Source: an uncultured Methanosarcinales archaeon (lineage in GTDB: Archaea > Nanobdellota > Nanobdellia > Woesearchaeales > GW2011-AR4). Taken from it: a stretch of DNA of 64,000 nucleotides. Where the stretch lies: assembly GCA_964396095.1 (NCBI GenBank), contig CAYNCK010000075.1, positions 8,626 to 72,625 of the forward strand, written 5' to 3'. Below, piece by piece: positions 1 through 9,080 of the stretch. The notes under the pieces were generated by a model. It saw only the letters and a list, made by a program, of their open reading frames with translations, had not been told where the DNA came from and did not search any database. The position numbers and the translations under genes were made by a program. Position 1 is the first letter of the stretch. Every line of letters begins with the position of its first letter.

Positions 1-225
1 GTAAGCTGCTCAAACTGCACAGCTTACCAGGCAACAAGGCTCAATATTAAATACAAAAAAGGAGAGGAAAAAGAATTTGTCCACACATTAAACAGCACTG
101 CGGTTGCAACAGGAAGGGCATTGAGGGCAATTGTTGAAAACTACCAGCAGAAAGATGGAACAATAAAAATCCCAACAGTTTTGCAGAAATATATTGGGAA
201 GAAGGTAATAGGGAAAAGAGAATAA
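1..225 (+). CDS. serS: Seryl-tRNA synthetase, C-terminal fragment. The gene starts upstream of the window.
   Basis: Frame 1 reads ...[72 protein letters not shown]. This is the typical class II SerRS C-terminus (sCSNCtdfQarRl, AvgRtlvAilENyQ). Stop codon at 223-225. Confidence 0.75.
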   Translation, partial: VSCSNCTAYQATRLNIKYKKGEEKEFVHTLNSTAVATGRALRAIVENYQQKDGTIKIPTVLQKYIGKKVIGKRE

Positions 226-349
226 ATTTTATTGATTATACGTAGTGTTATCATTATAATTAATTATTGTTTAATTTTTATTGAATAAACTGTTATGGGA
301 TTGAGCCCATTATCCAGCGCAACTGAAACTAAAATTCATTTAGAATAAA

Positions 350-637
350 ATGCCAAAAATACACTGGATTGCCTATGTTTTAATCGGATTATTTATCTCC
401 ATATCATCGTATGTGATTAACTTTGATTATTTGGTTTTTTTCTTTTATATTGGCTGGATTTTTGTCATTGTAGGAATTTTCAGGATGGCAATCGGGTTTG
501 GAAAAAATAAAAGTCAGGAGAAGCTTCAGCACGCAAAGCCGCAGGCAAGAAACCCACAATACAAATACTGCCAAAGATGCAGAAACATTCTGAGGATTCA
601 GGACAAATTTTGTCCAAGATGCGGCTCAAAAGTTTAA
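350..637 (+). CDS. Small membrane protein with a C-terminal zinc ribbon (CQRC...CPRC).
   Basis: 95-aa ORF. Two hydrophobic helices are followed by YKYCQRCRNILRIQDKFCPRCGSKV, a CxxC-N11-CxxC motif. A copy of the conserved upstream element lies at ~309-334. Confidence 0.4.
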   Translation: MPKIHWIAYVLIGLFISISSYVINFDYLVFFFYIGWIFVIVGIFRMAIGFGKNKSQEKLQHAKPQARNPQYKYCQRCRNILRIQDKFCPRCGSKV

Positions 638-1384
638 TCATGCTTCTGCAGTAGAAAACATATAGCTCCCTGCAGCAATAAAAACAGCAGCACATATAAC
701 AACAACAGAGAAATCCACAAAAATTCCAAAATATGTTTGACCTGTCAAAGCATACCTTAACCCGTCAACTCCGTAAGACAGAGGATCAAACCTTGCAATC
801 AGTTCTATTGTTTTTTGCGAGCTGTCAAGAGGAAATATAGCACCTGAAAGAAAAAACATGGGCATCATAATAAAGTTCATTATCAATGGGAATGCCTGCA
901 TGTCCTCCATCCTTGATGCAATTGCAGTCCCAAGGGATGTGAATAGCAAAGCAATTAGAAACATGAACAACAATGCCAATGGCAGGTTGCTCCAGCTTCC
1001 TATCTTGAATCCTGCGGCATAAGCAATAATAAAAACTATAATTCCCTGTAATATTGACACTGTTGCTCCCCCAAGCGTTCTTCCGATCATGATGACAAAT
1101 CTTGATACAGGTGCAACAAGAGTTTCCTTCAAAAATCCAAACTGCCTGTCCCAGATTATTTCTATGCCAGTAAACATTGCAGTGAAAATAATTGCCATTG
1201 CAATCACCCCGGGCCCAATAAATTCTATGTAGCTTCCATGAGCGGCTTTTTCGTAAATTGGCCCGAATCCAAACCCAAGCGCTAGCAAAAAAAGCAGCGG
1301 CTGCCCAAGCGAGCCTATAATTCTAGCCTTTGACCTTATGTATCTCTTTATCTGCCTCAGCCACAAGATGTATATCACTCCCAT
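638..1384 (-). CDS. ABC-2 type transporter permease.
   Basis: 248-aa polytopic membrane protein. It sits immediately downstream of, and abuts, an ABC ATPase gene (1384/1385), giving typical ABC-2 exporter organisation. Confidence 0.75.
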   Translation of the reverse strand: MGVIYILWLRQIKRYIRSKARIIGSLGQPLLFLLALGFGFGPIYEKAAHGSYIEFIGPGVIAMAIIFTAMFTGIEIIWDRQFGFLKETLVAPVSRFVIMIGRTLGGATVSILQGIIVFIIAYAAGFKIGSWSNLPLALLFMFLIALLFTSLGTAIASRMEDMQAFPLIMNFIMMPMFFLSGAIFPLDSSQKTIELIARFDPLSYGVDGLRYALTGQTYFGIFVDFSVVVICAAVFIAAGSYMFSTAEA

Positions 1385-2218
1385 TTATCTTCCCCACATC
1401 TTTCCCTGTTCTCTTAGATTATCAATGCCTTTTGCATCATCTGTCCGTATGGTATGCCCTGTAAGCGAAAGAAAAGCCTCTTCAAGTGATTTTGATTTGG
1501 TTTTTTTCTTAAGAATATTCGGAGAGCCCTGCATTATGATTTTTCCATGGTCTATTATTGCAACTTCATCTGCAACTTTTTCAGCCTCTTCCATGTAATG
1601 TGTTGTCAAAAACACGGTTATTCCTTCATTTTTATTTAATTCTTTTATGTAGCTCCAGATGTGGTTTCTAGTCTGAGGATCAAGCCCTGAAGTTGGCTCG
1701 TCAAGATATAATATTTTAGGGTGATGCATCAAGCCTCTTGCTATTTCCAGCCTTCTTTTCATGCCTCCTGAAAAATGCTTTACAAAATCATCCTTTCTGT
1801 CCCAAAGCTCGACAAACTTCATAAGCTCTTCTATTCTTGAATTTCGCAGATTTTTCGGCATTCCATAAAGAACCCCGTGAAGCTCAAGGTTTTCCAAAGC
1901 CGTTAATTCATTATCAAGGCTCGGGTCCTGGAAGATAATTCCAAATGATTTCCTGACTTCCAAATGGTCTTTTATAGGCTTGTCGTTAATGACAATCATG
2001 CCGCTTGTCGGCTTTATCAGAGTTGTCAGCATCTTAATTGTTGTTGTCTTTCCGGCGCCGTTAGGGCCAAGGAACGCGAAAATAGAGCCTTTCTGCACAG
2101 AAAAAGAGATATTGTCAACTGCAGTAAAACCATTGAATTTTCTCACTAGGCTTTTAACAGATATTATGTCCGGCATTATTTCACTAATTTTTGTGTTATT
2201 TATAAAATTTGCTGACAA
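1385..2218 (-). CDS. ABC transporter ATP-binding protein.
   Basis: Walker A GPNGAGKTT, ABC signature SGGMKRRLEIA, Walker B LYLDEPTSGLD, H-loop TTHYMEE. Confidence 0.9.
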   Translation of the reverse strand: MSANFINNTKISEIMPDIISVKSLVRKFNGFTAVDNISFSVQKGSIFAFLGPNGAGKTTTIKMLTTLIKPTSGMIVINDKPIKDHLEVRKSFGIIFQDPSLDNELTALENLELHGVLYGMPKNLRNSRIEELMKFVELWDRKDDFVKHFSGGMKRRLEIARGLMHHPKILYLDEPTSGLDPQTRNHIWSYIKELNKNEGITVFLTTHYMEEAEKVADEVAIIDHGKIIMQGSPNILKKKTKSKSLEEAFLSLTGHTIRTDDAKGIDNLREQGKMWGR

Positions 2219-2254
2219 AAATTATTTAAACTATCTGAAATTCATGACAGTAAT

Positions 2255-3328
2255 ATGGGTGGCTTGTTCAAGGACATTCTGGGAAGCAGCGAATCTCTTT
2301 TTAAGAACGATGTTGCATTAGATTATTCTTTTGTGCCGAAAATCGTGCCTTACAGGGAAAAGGAGCAGAGGATAATTGCGTCCTGCATCAAGCCCCTGTT
2401 CCAGGAAAAAACCGGCAAGCATGTCTTTATTTACGGCCAGCCGGGGGTTGGAAAGACAGTTGCATTGAGAAAAGTATTGGATGAGCTTGAAGAGGAGACG
2501 GAGGAAATTATCCCAATCTACATAAACTGCTGGCAGCGCAATACAACTTATAAGATAATCCTTGAAATCTGCGACTTGATGGACTTCAAGTTCGTGCAGA
2601 ACAAGAAGACAGAAGAATTATTCAGGTGGATTAAGCAAAATTTAAACAAGAAATCTGTTGTTTTTGTCTTTGATGAAGCGGATAAGCTGGAAGACCTGGA
2701 TTTTCTTTACATGATTCTTGAGGAAATCTACAGAAAAACAATTATTCTTATCACAAACTACAAGGAATGGGTCATTGATTTGGAAGACAGGATAAAATCA
2801 AGGCTAATGCCTGAGCTTATTGAATTCAGGCCTTACAATTTTGCAGAAACAAAAGGGATTCTGAAGCAGAGAGCTGAATTTGCATTTCATCCGAATGTCT
2901 GGAATGATGATGCCTTTGAATTGATTGTAAGAAAAACAGCGGAGCTGCAGGATATAAGGACAGGACTGCACTTGATGAAAGAGTCTGCAAATATTGCGGA
3001 AAGCAAGTCATCCAGAAAAATCCTTATTGAGCATGCACAGCCGGCACTAAACAAGATTGATGAATTCACTATAAAAAACCCCGGCGAGCTTGAGTCGGAT
3101 GAGCAATTAATTCTGAATTTAGTAAAAAATAATTCCGGAAAAAGAATCGGGGATTTTTTCAAATTGTACCAGGATAATGGAGGAAAGCTGGTTTACAAAT
3201 CGTTCCAGAGGAAAGTAGACAAGCTGCAAAAAAATAATTTCATATCAGTTGAGAAGACTGCAGGCGGGGATGACGGCAATACAACAATTATAAAAAGCAA
3301 TTCTGAAAAGAAATTGACGGAGTTTTAA
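2255..3328 (+). CDS. cdc6: Orc1/Cdc6 replication initiator, an AAA+ ATPase.
   Basis: N-terminal LPHRE-like motif (VPYREKEQR), Walker A GQPGVGKT, Walker B VFVFDEAD, and a C-terminal winged-helix region. Length 357 aa. Confidence 0.9.
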   Translation: MGGLFKDILGSSESLFKNDVALDYSFVPKIVPYREKEQRIIASCIKPLFQEKTGKHVFIYGQPGVGKTVALRKVLDELEEETEEIIPIYINCWQRNTTYKIILEICDLMDFKFVQNKKTEELFRWIKQNLNKKSVVFVFDEADKLEDLDFLYMILEEIYRKTIILITNYKEWVIDLEDRIKSRLMPELIEFRPYNFAETKGILKQRAEFAFHPNVWNDDAFELIVRKTAELQDIRTGLHLMKESANIAESKSSRKILIEHAQPALNKIDEFTIKNPGELESDEQLILNLVKNNSGKRIGDFFKLYQDNGGKLVYKSFQRKVDKLQKNNFISVEKTAGGDDGNTTIIKSNSEKKLTEF

Positions 3329-3389
3329 TTATGTTGATTTTAAACATTGGCTGTTAAACCACTCCCTAAAATCATGTACAAATGCGATT

Positions 3390-3420
3390 ATTGCCGCTTC
3401 TGAAGGCAATCCTTTTTTCC
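3390..3420. terminator. Hairpin plus T-tract between the convergent cdc6 and acyP genes. Candidate bidirectional terminator.
   Basis: Stem ATTGCC / GGCAAT, loop gcttctgaa, followed by CCTTTTTTCC. Archaeal termination commonly uses oligo-T tracts. Confidence 0.3.
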
Positions 3421-3465
3421 TGTTTCCCTTTGCATTCTCCTGCCTTAATGATAAAATAAAATATT

Positions 3466-3735
3466 TTAATACTTGATCTCAAACCCACTGAAATTTTCCA
3501 ATTCTTTGTGATTAATTTTTATGTCAACAACTTTAGAAATGCCTGGCCCTTTTTTTATAAAATCAATCAGCTCATTTATTTTATTTTCATCGCCTTGCGC
3601 GACAACTTCAACAGTTCCATCTTCAAGATTCTTTGCATAGCCATGCAAGTCTAATTCAACAGCTTTTTTTCTAGTATTGTCCCTGAAGAAAACACCCTGC
3701 ACTTTGCCTGAAACAATAAGATGGACGCATTTCAT
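3466..3735 (-). CDS. acyP: Acylphosphatase.
   Basis: VHLIVSGKVQGVFFR and GYAKNLEDGTVEVVAQGDE match the acylphosphatase signatures. The likely start is the internal Met MKCVHL at 3735, since the longer ORF to 3813 adds a non-conserved extension. Confidence 0.8.
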   Translation of the reverse strand: MKCVHLIVSGKVQGVFFRDNTRKKAVELDLHGYAKNLEDGTVEVVAQGDENKINELIDFIKKGPGISKVVDIKINHKELENFSGFEIKY

Positions 3736-4254
3736 AAAATAAGAATGTTTTTTGGTTTTATATATCTTATCATTTCTTTTCCATACTGCAAACAACCACT
3801 GGACACTGGACATGCCGCTGTGAAATATTTAAAGGCATTCTTCTCAATAATGTCTAGCAGGAAAAAGAAAAATGACGAAAGTCAGCTTTTCACCCCCAAA
3901 ATTTCCTGCTAAAAATTTCAAGAAAAAAGGTGAACAAAAATGGAATTAAGCAATGAGTTTATTGAAGATTTGTTTTTGAAGCAAATCAAGGAGCTTACAA
4001 TAAGGACAAACAAGCAGCTGAAGAGCTTTGATGTGCAGTTCAGCAGCTAATTCGAAGGTGATTAAAATGAAAGGATTATTTGATGATGAATTGGAAGATA
4101 ATGTATCAGAAGATTTTTACAGCGGCAAATATCTGGAAGAATACGTTGAAAATGATGAAATAAACGCTGAGGAAGAAGGATTCATGATGGGCTATTTGGG
4201 ATAATATTTTTATTATCACAAACTATTTATACCATCTTTTTTTCCAAGCGTCTC

Positions 4255-4824
4255 ATGCGCATACTAAACTTCGATGAATTAAAGCTTGAAAAACAAGCAA
4301 TCATTGATGAAATCATAAACGGCGCTGTTTTCATCTATCCAACAGATACAATCTACGGGCTTGGCTGCAACGCCCAGGATTCAGATGCAGTCAAAAAAAT
4401 AAGGCGGTTGAAATGGAGAGTTAAAAATCCTTTTTCCGTCATCGCGCCGTCGTTGGAATGGGTTAAGGAAAATTGTGTTGTAGAAAAACATGCAGAAGAA
4501 TGGCTTGACAAGCTTCCGGGCCCTTTCACTTTCATTCTAAAGCTAAAAAATCCAAATTGCGTTGCAAAAGAAGTAAATCCTGGATTAAAAACTTTGGGAA
4601 TAAGAATTCCAAGCCACTGGTTCAGCAAAATAGTCCAGGAAGCAAAAGTTCCTGTTGTCACAACGTCAGTGAACAGGAGCAGCGAAGATTACATGATATC
4701 GCTTGACAATCTAGACTCTTCGATAAAAAGCAGCCTTGACTTTGCGGTTTATGAAGGCGAAAAGAAAGGCAATCCAAGCAAGATAATTGACCTTACAGAA
4801 AAGGCAAAGATAATTAAGAGATAA
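4255..4824 (+). CDS. tsaC: Threonylcarbamoyl-AMP synthase (YrdC/Sua5 family).
   Basis: YrdC signature VFIYPTDTIYGLGCNAQDSDAVKKI. Single-domain protein of 189 aa. Confidence 0.85.
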   Translation: MRILNFDELKLEKQAIIDEIINGAVFIYPTDTIYGLGCNAQDSDAVKKIRRLKWRVKNPFSVIAPSLEWVKENCVVEKHAEEWLDKLPGPFTFILKLKNPNCVAKEVNPGLKTLGIRIPSHWFSKIVQEAKVPVVTTSVNRSSEDYMISLDNLDSSIKSSLDFAVYEGEKKGNPSKIIDLTEKAKIIKR

Positions 4825-4830
4825 GTTTTC

Positions 4831-5085
4831 TTATTTGTAAATTAATTTCATCACAAAAAGTAATAATGTCATTAAAAATTCTATTGATGCAAATAAGAGT
4901 AATGGTAAAATTTTGTTTGATTCAGCATAAATTACCCAAAGGATCAGCCCCAACATCAGCATTAATGTCCATGATGTTGAAATATCTTTTGTCGATTTTG
5001 TTCTCCATGTTTTTATTAGCTGAGGGGATAACGAGATTGCAATCAAAAATCCTGCAAGGTAACCAATAATTTCTAGATTAGCCAT
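4831..5085 (-). CDS. SemiSWEET / PQ-loop family transporter with 3 TM helices.
   Basis: 84 aa with three hydrophobic helices and a PQ motif followed by a basic stretch (SPQLIKTWRTKSTKDIS). This is characteristic of MtN3/SemiSWEET half-transporters. Confidence 0.6.
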   Translation of the reverse strand: MANLEIIGYLAGFLIAISLSPQLIKTWRTKSTKDISTSWTLMLMLGLILWVIYAESNKILPLLLFASIEFLMTLLLFVMKLIYK

Positions 5086-5130
5086 TTATATAGATAATTT
5101 TTTAAACAATATAAACTTTTGCGGTAAATA

Positions 5131-5756
5131 ATGGAAATTAGAGATAAATCCAAATTAAGAATCCTGGCAGCAGGCGACATTCATGGGGATACAAATCAGG
5201 CTAAAAGATTGGCAGAGCAGGCGGAAAGAGAGAATATAGATCTGGTAGTTTTAAGCGGTGATTTGACGTATGCAGAAACATCAACAGAAGGAATTATCGG
5301 CCCATTTGTAAAAAAAGGAAAAAAAGTAATACTTATACCAGGCAACCATGAAACCGTTGCAACTGCTGAATTTCTCGCTGAACTGTATGGCGTTACCAAC
5401 CTCCATGGATACTCGATAAAATACAAGGACGTTGGCTTGTTTGGATGCGGCGGCGCAAACATTGGATTGTTCCAGCTCGGCGAAGACGAGATTTTTGAGC
5501 TGATAAAAAAGGCTATGAGAGGATTAAGGACGCAAAGAAAAAAATACTCGTTACCCATGTGCACCCATCCGGCTCCCTTATGGAAAAATTCTCAAGCATA
5601 TTCCCGGGAAGCGAAGGCGTCAGGAAGGCAATTGACACTTTCAAGCCGGACATTCTGATCTGCAGCCACGTGCACGAAGCTGAAGGGATTGAAGAGATGA
5701 TAGGCAAGACAAAAGTGATGAATGTCGGAAAGAAAGGAAAGATAATTGAGGTTTAA
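5131..5756 (+). pseudogene. Calcineurin-like metallophosphoesterase interrupted by a -1 frameshift in an A-run (5505-5510).
   Basis: Frame 1 (5131-5658) carries GDIHGD...GDLTY...GNHE. Frame 0 (5499-5756) carries KKILVTHVHP...ICSHVHEAEG, the GHxH motif. The two halves join if the A6 run at 5505-5510 is read as A7. This is either a true pseudogene or a homopolymer error. Confidence 0.7.
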
Positions 5757-6006
5757 AGAATTAGTTTATTATTAATTTCTAATGAATGATGAATTTTTAA
5801 TACTTTATTGGATTTTGACTATTTAATTTCAATTAGTCAGCATAAATAAATTTATTTTAATGTAATCTACCATTTGGTATTTTTATTTATGTTCTTCTTT
5901 AGTTAAAGTCATTTAGCTCTTCTTGCCGTTGACAGTAGGGCATGTCCAATAAAAATAATTTAAAATAACAATAAATAATTTAAAAATAAATAACCATCAA
6001 GAACGA

Positions 6007-6399
6007 TCAATAAAACTCAATCCCGTATTTTTTATCCTTTGATTTAGGCTTAACTTCTTCTTCTGTCTCTTCCTCTTCTTCGGATTCTTTTGCAACATCC
6101 ATTTTTTTTAATTCTTCTTCGCTGAATAATTCTGCAAAGAGGTCATCTGTTGATTGAGATGGTTCTTCCGCATCTGTTTGCTGAGTTTCCTCTGTTGTTT
6201 CCTGTGTCGGCTCTGATGAAGCTGAAGGAGTTGAAAAAATATCGCCGAAAATATTTGCAATAGGGCTTGCCTGGGAGGATGAATCTGCAGGCACGTTCGT
6301 AAATATCTCCTGAGATTCGCCAACAATGTTCTGCAGCATACTGATTACTTTTCTCAAATCTTCATGGGAATCCTCTTTCGTATCTATGCTTATTTTCAT
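6007..6399 (-). CDS. Acidic, low-complexity hypothetical protein.
   Basis: 130 aa, very acidic with Ser/Thr/Glu-rich runs and a C-terminal EEEEETEEE stretch. It is co-directional with, and immediately downstream of, the surface glycoprotein gene. Confidence 0.4.
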   Translation of the reverse strand: MKISIDTKEDSHEDLRKVISMLQNIVGESQEIFTNVPADSSSQASPIANIFGDIFSTPSASSEPTQETTEETQQTDAEEPSQSTDDLFAELFSEEELKKMDVAKESEEEEETEEEVKPKSKDKKYGIEFY

Positions 6400-6437
6400 T
6401 GCATTTAATTAGGGTGTTTGGCTTAAAAAGTTTTTGG

Positions 6438-8021
6438 TTATTCTGGTTGATTGCCTTTGCTTCTGTTTCTTATCTTTGATATAATAAAAGTTATCGCTAG
6501 GAATATGGCAAAAATCGACGAGCCGATTATCAGGTTTTCCCTTGTAAAAATGATGGATTTTTTCCCGACAGGGGGAATTGTCTGGGCTGGGGGCTTGCTC
6601 GAATCTGATGGCTTTGACTCATTTGTTGTATTTAATTTTTGTTGCGGCTTTGCTTCAATCTTGGTTGCATTTGATGTTGTATTTATATTATTTTTTATGA
6701 TGATGCTTATTGACCTGTTTATATAACTGTAATAATCACTAAACTTATAAGACAATGTCAGCTTAAGCTGAATAGTTTCATTTTGCAATTCGGTTCTTGG
6801 CGCAATTAATTCTTTGTTCATTATTAAGTAATTGTCTTTTGGCGTCAGGCTGTCAAGGCTTTGCACAATCACTTCGTCAGGTGTTGTTAAAGTTGCTTTT
6901 ATGTCAGTAAGCGCAGTAAAAAAGCTCGGATTGGTGATTCTTGCAAACACCAGGAACTCTTGCCCGGGCACCACATCAAAATGCTCTGAGCTGAAATTCA
7001 CAACAGGATTTGGCACAAGCGCGTTAAGGTAAGTTTCGTTTGATAGTGCATTCTTGATTTCTTTAATCTTGTAATCAAAAGTTTGAGTAAATGGAGTGCT
7101 GCTTTCAAACCTAGGAACAAGATAAAATGAATAATTTAGGCCAGCCCCGGGATCAAGTGTCATGCTTCTTGTGAGCAGGTTAATCTCCCTCATAAATCCC
7201 CTGTCAAACTTAAGAATGTCAATGTTGCCTGGAATTTGGATTTTTATCGACACTTCCATCTTTTCATCAGGGTTTATATTGCTTATTGAAGAATTGAAAA
7301 AAAATGGCCTGTTCGCTTCCGTATTGTTGTCTAGCGAGCGGGAAAAGACAAGCTGCATCGGGAGAACAGTAATTGACACAGAATCTGTGTTCTTCTTTTC
7401 GGTATCGTAAGGGTTAAGATAGCTTAAGTTGCCTGTTAAGCTATAGCTTCCCGATTTCTCAGAAGTAAGCGTACCTGTGCATGTTTTGTCAAATTTGCTT
7501 TTGAGAATGCCATGCCAAGATAATGTGCTTCCATCAAGATTGCACCCCTTAATATCAGTCAAAGCAAAAGGGCTGAAGTCCTCGGCATAAGATATGTCCT
7601 TAATGTCAAGTTCGCTCGGGTTCAAGAGTGTGATTGTAAAAGCTGCTGATTCTTTTGGCATCAATGAGATGCTGCTTATCTTGCTTGTCGCAGTAAGGCT
7701 GCCGGTTAGCTTGTAAATTGTAGTCTGCACAGCATAATAAGTCACATAAGTTGTGATATTCCTGTCGGAATAATTTGCGCTTTGAATGCACACCTTGAAT
7801 TCCGTGTTTGAGTTGCATTTTCCATTCTCTATAATCAGGCTTGTGGAGGGATTTTGCACGAAAACCTTGTTGCTTGATTCATCATATGTAAAAGCAAATA
7901 TGCTGCCCTGAATATCATATTGCCTGTCAGTTATCACGGTTCCTGTGAAAATCTGCGTTTCAGCATTTACCATCGGTAATACTACAATAAAAGCAAAGAG
8001 AAACATCAGCAATTTAAGCAT
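6438..8021 (-). CDS. Secreted surface glycoprotein with an N-terminal signal peptide and a C-terminal TM anchor. S-layer-like.
   Basis: Signal MLKLLMFLFAFIVVLPMVNA. At least 15 N-x-S/T sequons. A Ser/Pro/Thr-rich stalk (KPSDSSKPPAQTIPPVGKK) precedes a C-terminal hydrophobic helix and a basic tail (KIRNRSKGNQPE). Confidence 0.6.
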   Translation of the reverse strand: MLKLLMFLFAFIVVLPMVNAETQIFTGTVITDRQYDIQGSIFAFTYDESSNKVFVQNPSTSLIIENGKCNSNTEFKVCIQSANYSDRNITTYVTYYAVQTTIYKLTGSLTATSKISSISLMPKESAAFTITLLNPSELDIKDISYAEDFSPFALTDIKGCNLDGSTLSWHGILKSKFDKTCTGTLTSEKSGSYSLTGNLSYLNPYDTEKKNTDSVSITVLPMQLVFSRSLDNNTEANRPFFFNSSISNINPDEKMEVSIKIQIPGNIDILKFDRGFMREINLLTRSMTLDPGAGLNYSFYLVPRFESSTPFTQTFDYKIKEIKNALSNETYLNALVPNPVVNFSSEHFDVVPGQEFLVFARITNPSFFTALTDIKATLTTPDEVIVQSLDSLTPKDNYLIMNKELIAPRTELQNETIQLKLTLSYKFSDYYSYINRSISIIIKNNINTTSNATKIEAKPQQKLNTTNESKPSDSSKPPAQTIPPVGKKSIIFTRENLIIGSSIFAIFLAITFIISKIRNRSKGNQPE

Positions 8022-8066
8022 AAAAGGGCAATTTTGTTTAAAATATTTAAATTTAATTGTTTAAAA

Positions 8067-8858
8067 TCATTCAAAAACTGCCTGCCAGTTCATGTAGATG
8101 TTATTTGCAACTTCGGTTATATCCATCTTCTTGATTTCTGCAATTTTTTTATAGCTTTCAGCAACAAAGGCAGGCTCATTTGTTTGCTCTTTATAGGGGC
8201 TAAGGTAGGGGCTGTCTGTCTCGGAGAATAATTGGGTTATTGGAACCATGCCTGCCATTTCCTGGAACTGCTGGCTTCTTACAACTAATGTAGGAATTGT
8301 TAAATACCATCCGTTGTCTGAAATTCTTTTCACAAGATGCTTTCTTCCAGAGAAGCAGTGCATAACAACTTTTTTAATGCTAAAAGACTCAATAATTTCT
8401 ATGCATTTTAACTCGGCCTTTCTTGAATGAACAACAATTGGCTTTTTCAATTCCTCAGCAAGCTTAATCATCTTTTCAAAATCCTCAATTTGCCCCTTGC
8501 TTTCGCCGTTAACAAAATCAAGTCCAATCTCGCTGATAGCTGCAATATTGTTTTTATTTTTTCTTATAAAATCAATTTCCTCATCAATGTCAAAATCTTT
8601 TATTTTTATATCAGCCTCTCCTGTTTCAGCTTCCTTCTGCAAAGCATCTCTCGGATAAATACCCATTCCGCATTTTAAAATATCATATTTTTTTGACAAT
8701 TCAAGGCATTTCCTGTTAGTTTCCGGATCAATGCCGTTTGTAATTATGTGCTTTAACCCCGCATCTTTTGCCCTTTTTACCAGCTCATCTATTTTATTGG
8801 CTAGCAAAGGATGGTCCAGATGCGAGTGCGCGTCAATTAAGAGGTTCATTTTATACAT
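8067..8858 (-). CDS. tatD: TatD-family metal-dependent deoxyribonuclease/hydrolase.
   Basis: N-terminal LIDAHSHLD and HCFSG motifs. The 263-aa length suits a TIM-barrel fold. Confidence 0.85.
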   Translation of the reverse strand: MYKMNLLIDAHSHLDHPLLANKIDELVKRAKDAGLKHIITNGIDPETNRKCLELSKKYDILKCGMGIYPRDALQKEAETGEADIKIKDFDIDEEIDFIRKNKNNIAAISEIGLDFVNGESKGQIEDFEKMIKLAEELKKPIVVHSRKAELKCIEIIESFSIKKVVMHCFSGRKHLVKRISDNGWYLTIPTLVVRSQQFQEMAGMVPITQLFSETDSPYLSPYKEQTNEPAFVAESYKKIAEIKKMDITEVANNIYMNWQAVFE

Positions 8859-9080
8859 AATTTTAACAACATTTAAATAATTATTGTGATTACTTCTATG
8901 AATGGATACAGTAAGGAGGCATGGAGTGTAAAGTTGTATAATTCTATTATTTTTAATTTTATATTATTGATTTTTATGTATATTGTTTATACAAGTTTAA
9001 TGAATTTGCGCTTATTGTCCAGCGAAAGAAGAGCTAAAATATTTATAAAGAAAACATTAACTTAAAGAATCAATAATAAA

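Noticed and set aside
3940-4203. Two small acidic plus-strand ORFs (37 aa MELSNEFIEDLF..., 45 aa MKGLFDDELEDN...) between acyP and tsaC.
   Set aside because: They are below the size where a confident call can be made and have no motif. They could be real small proteins, but the evidence is insufficient. The region may equally be a promoter or leader for tsaC.
2219-4254. A replication origin (ORB / mini-ORB repeats plus an AT-rich DUE) next to orc1/cdc6.
   Set aside because: The cdc6 upstream gap is only ~36 nt. The downstream gaps (3329-3465, 3814-4254) show a terminator-like hairpin and a 10-bp long-range inverted repeat (TAGCAGGAAA...TTTCCTGCTA, 3853-3912). They show no recognisable ORB consensus (TTCCAC..GGAAA-like) repeats. 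The origin may be elsewhere or too divergent to call by eye.
5757-6006. An AT-rich 250-nt convergent intergenic region with repeated AAATAATTTAAAA, considered as a C/D-box sRNA or an origin DUE.
   Set aside because: No C (RUGAUGA) / D (CUGA) box pairing with proper spacing was found. The repeats are simple AT-rich low-complexity sequence.
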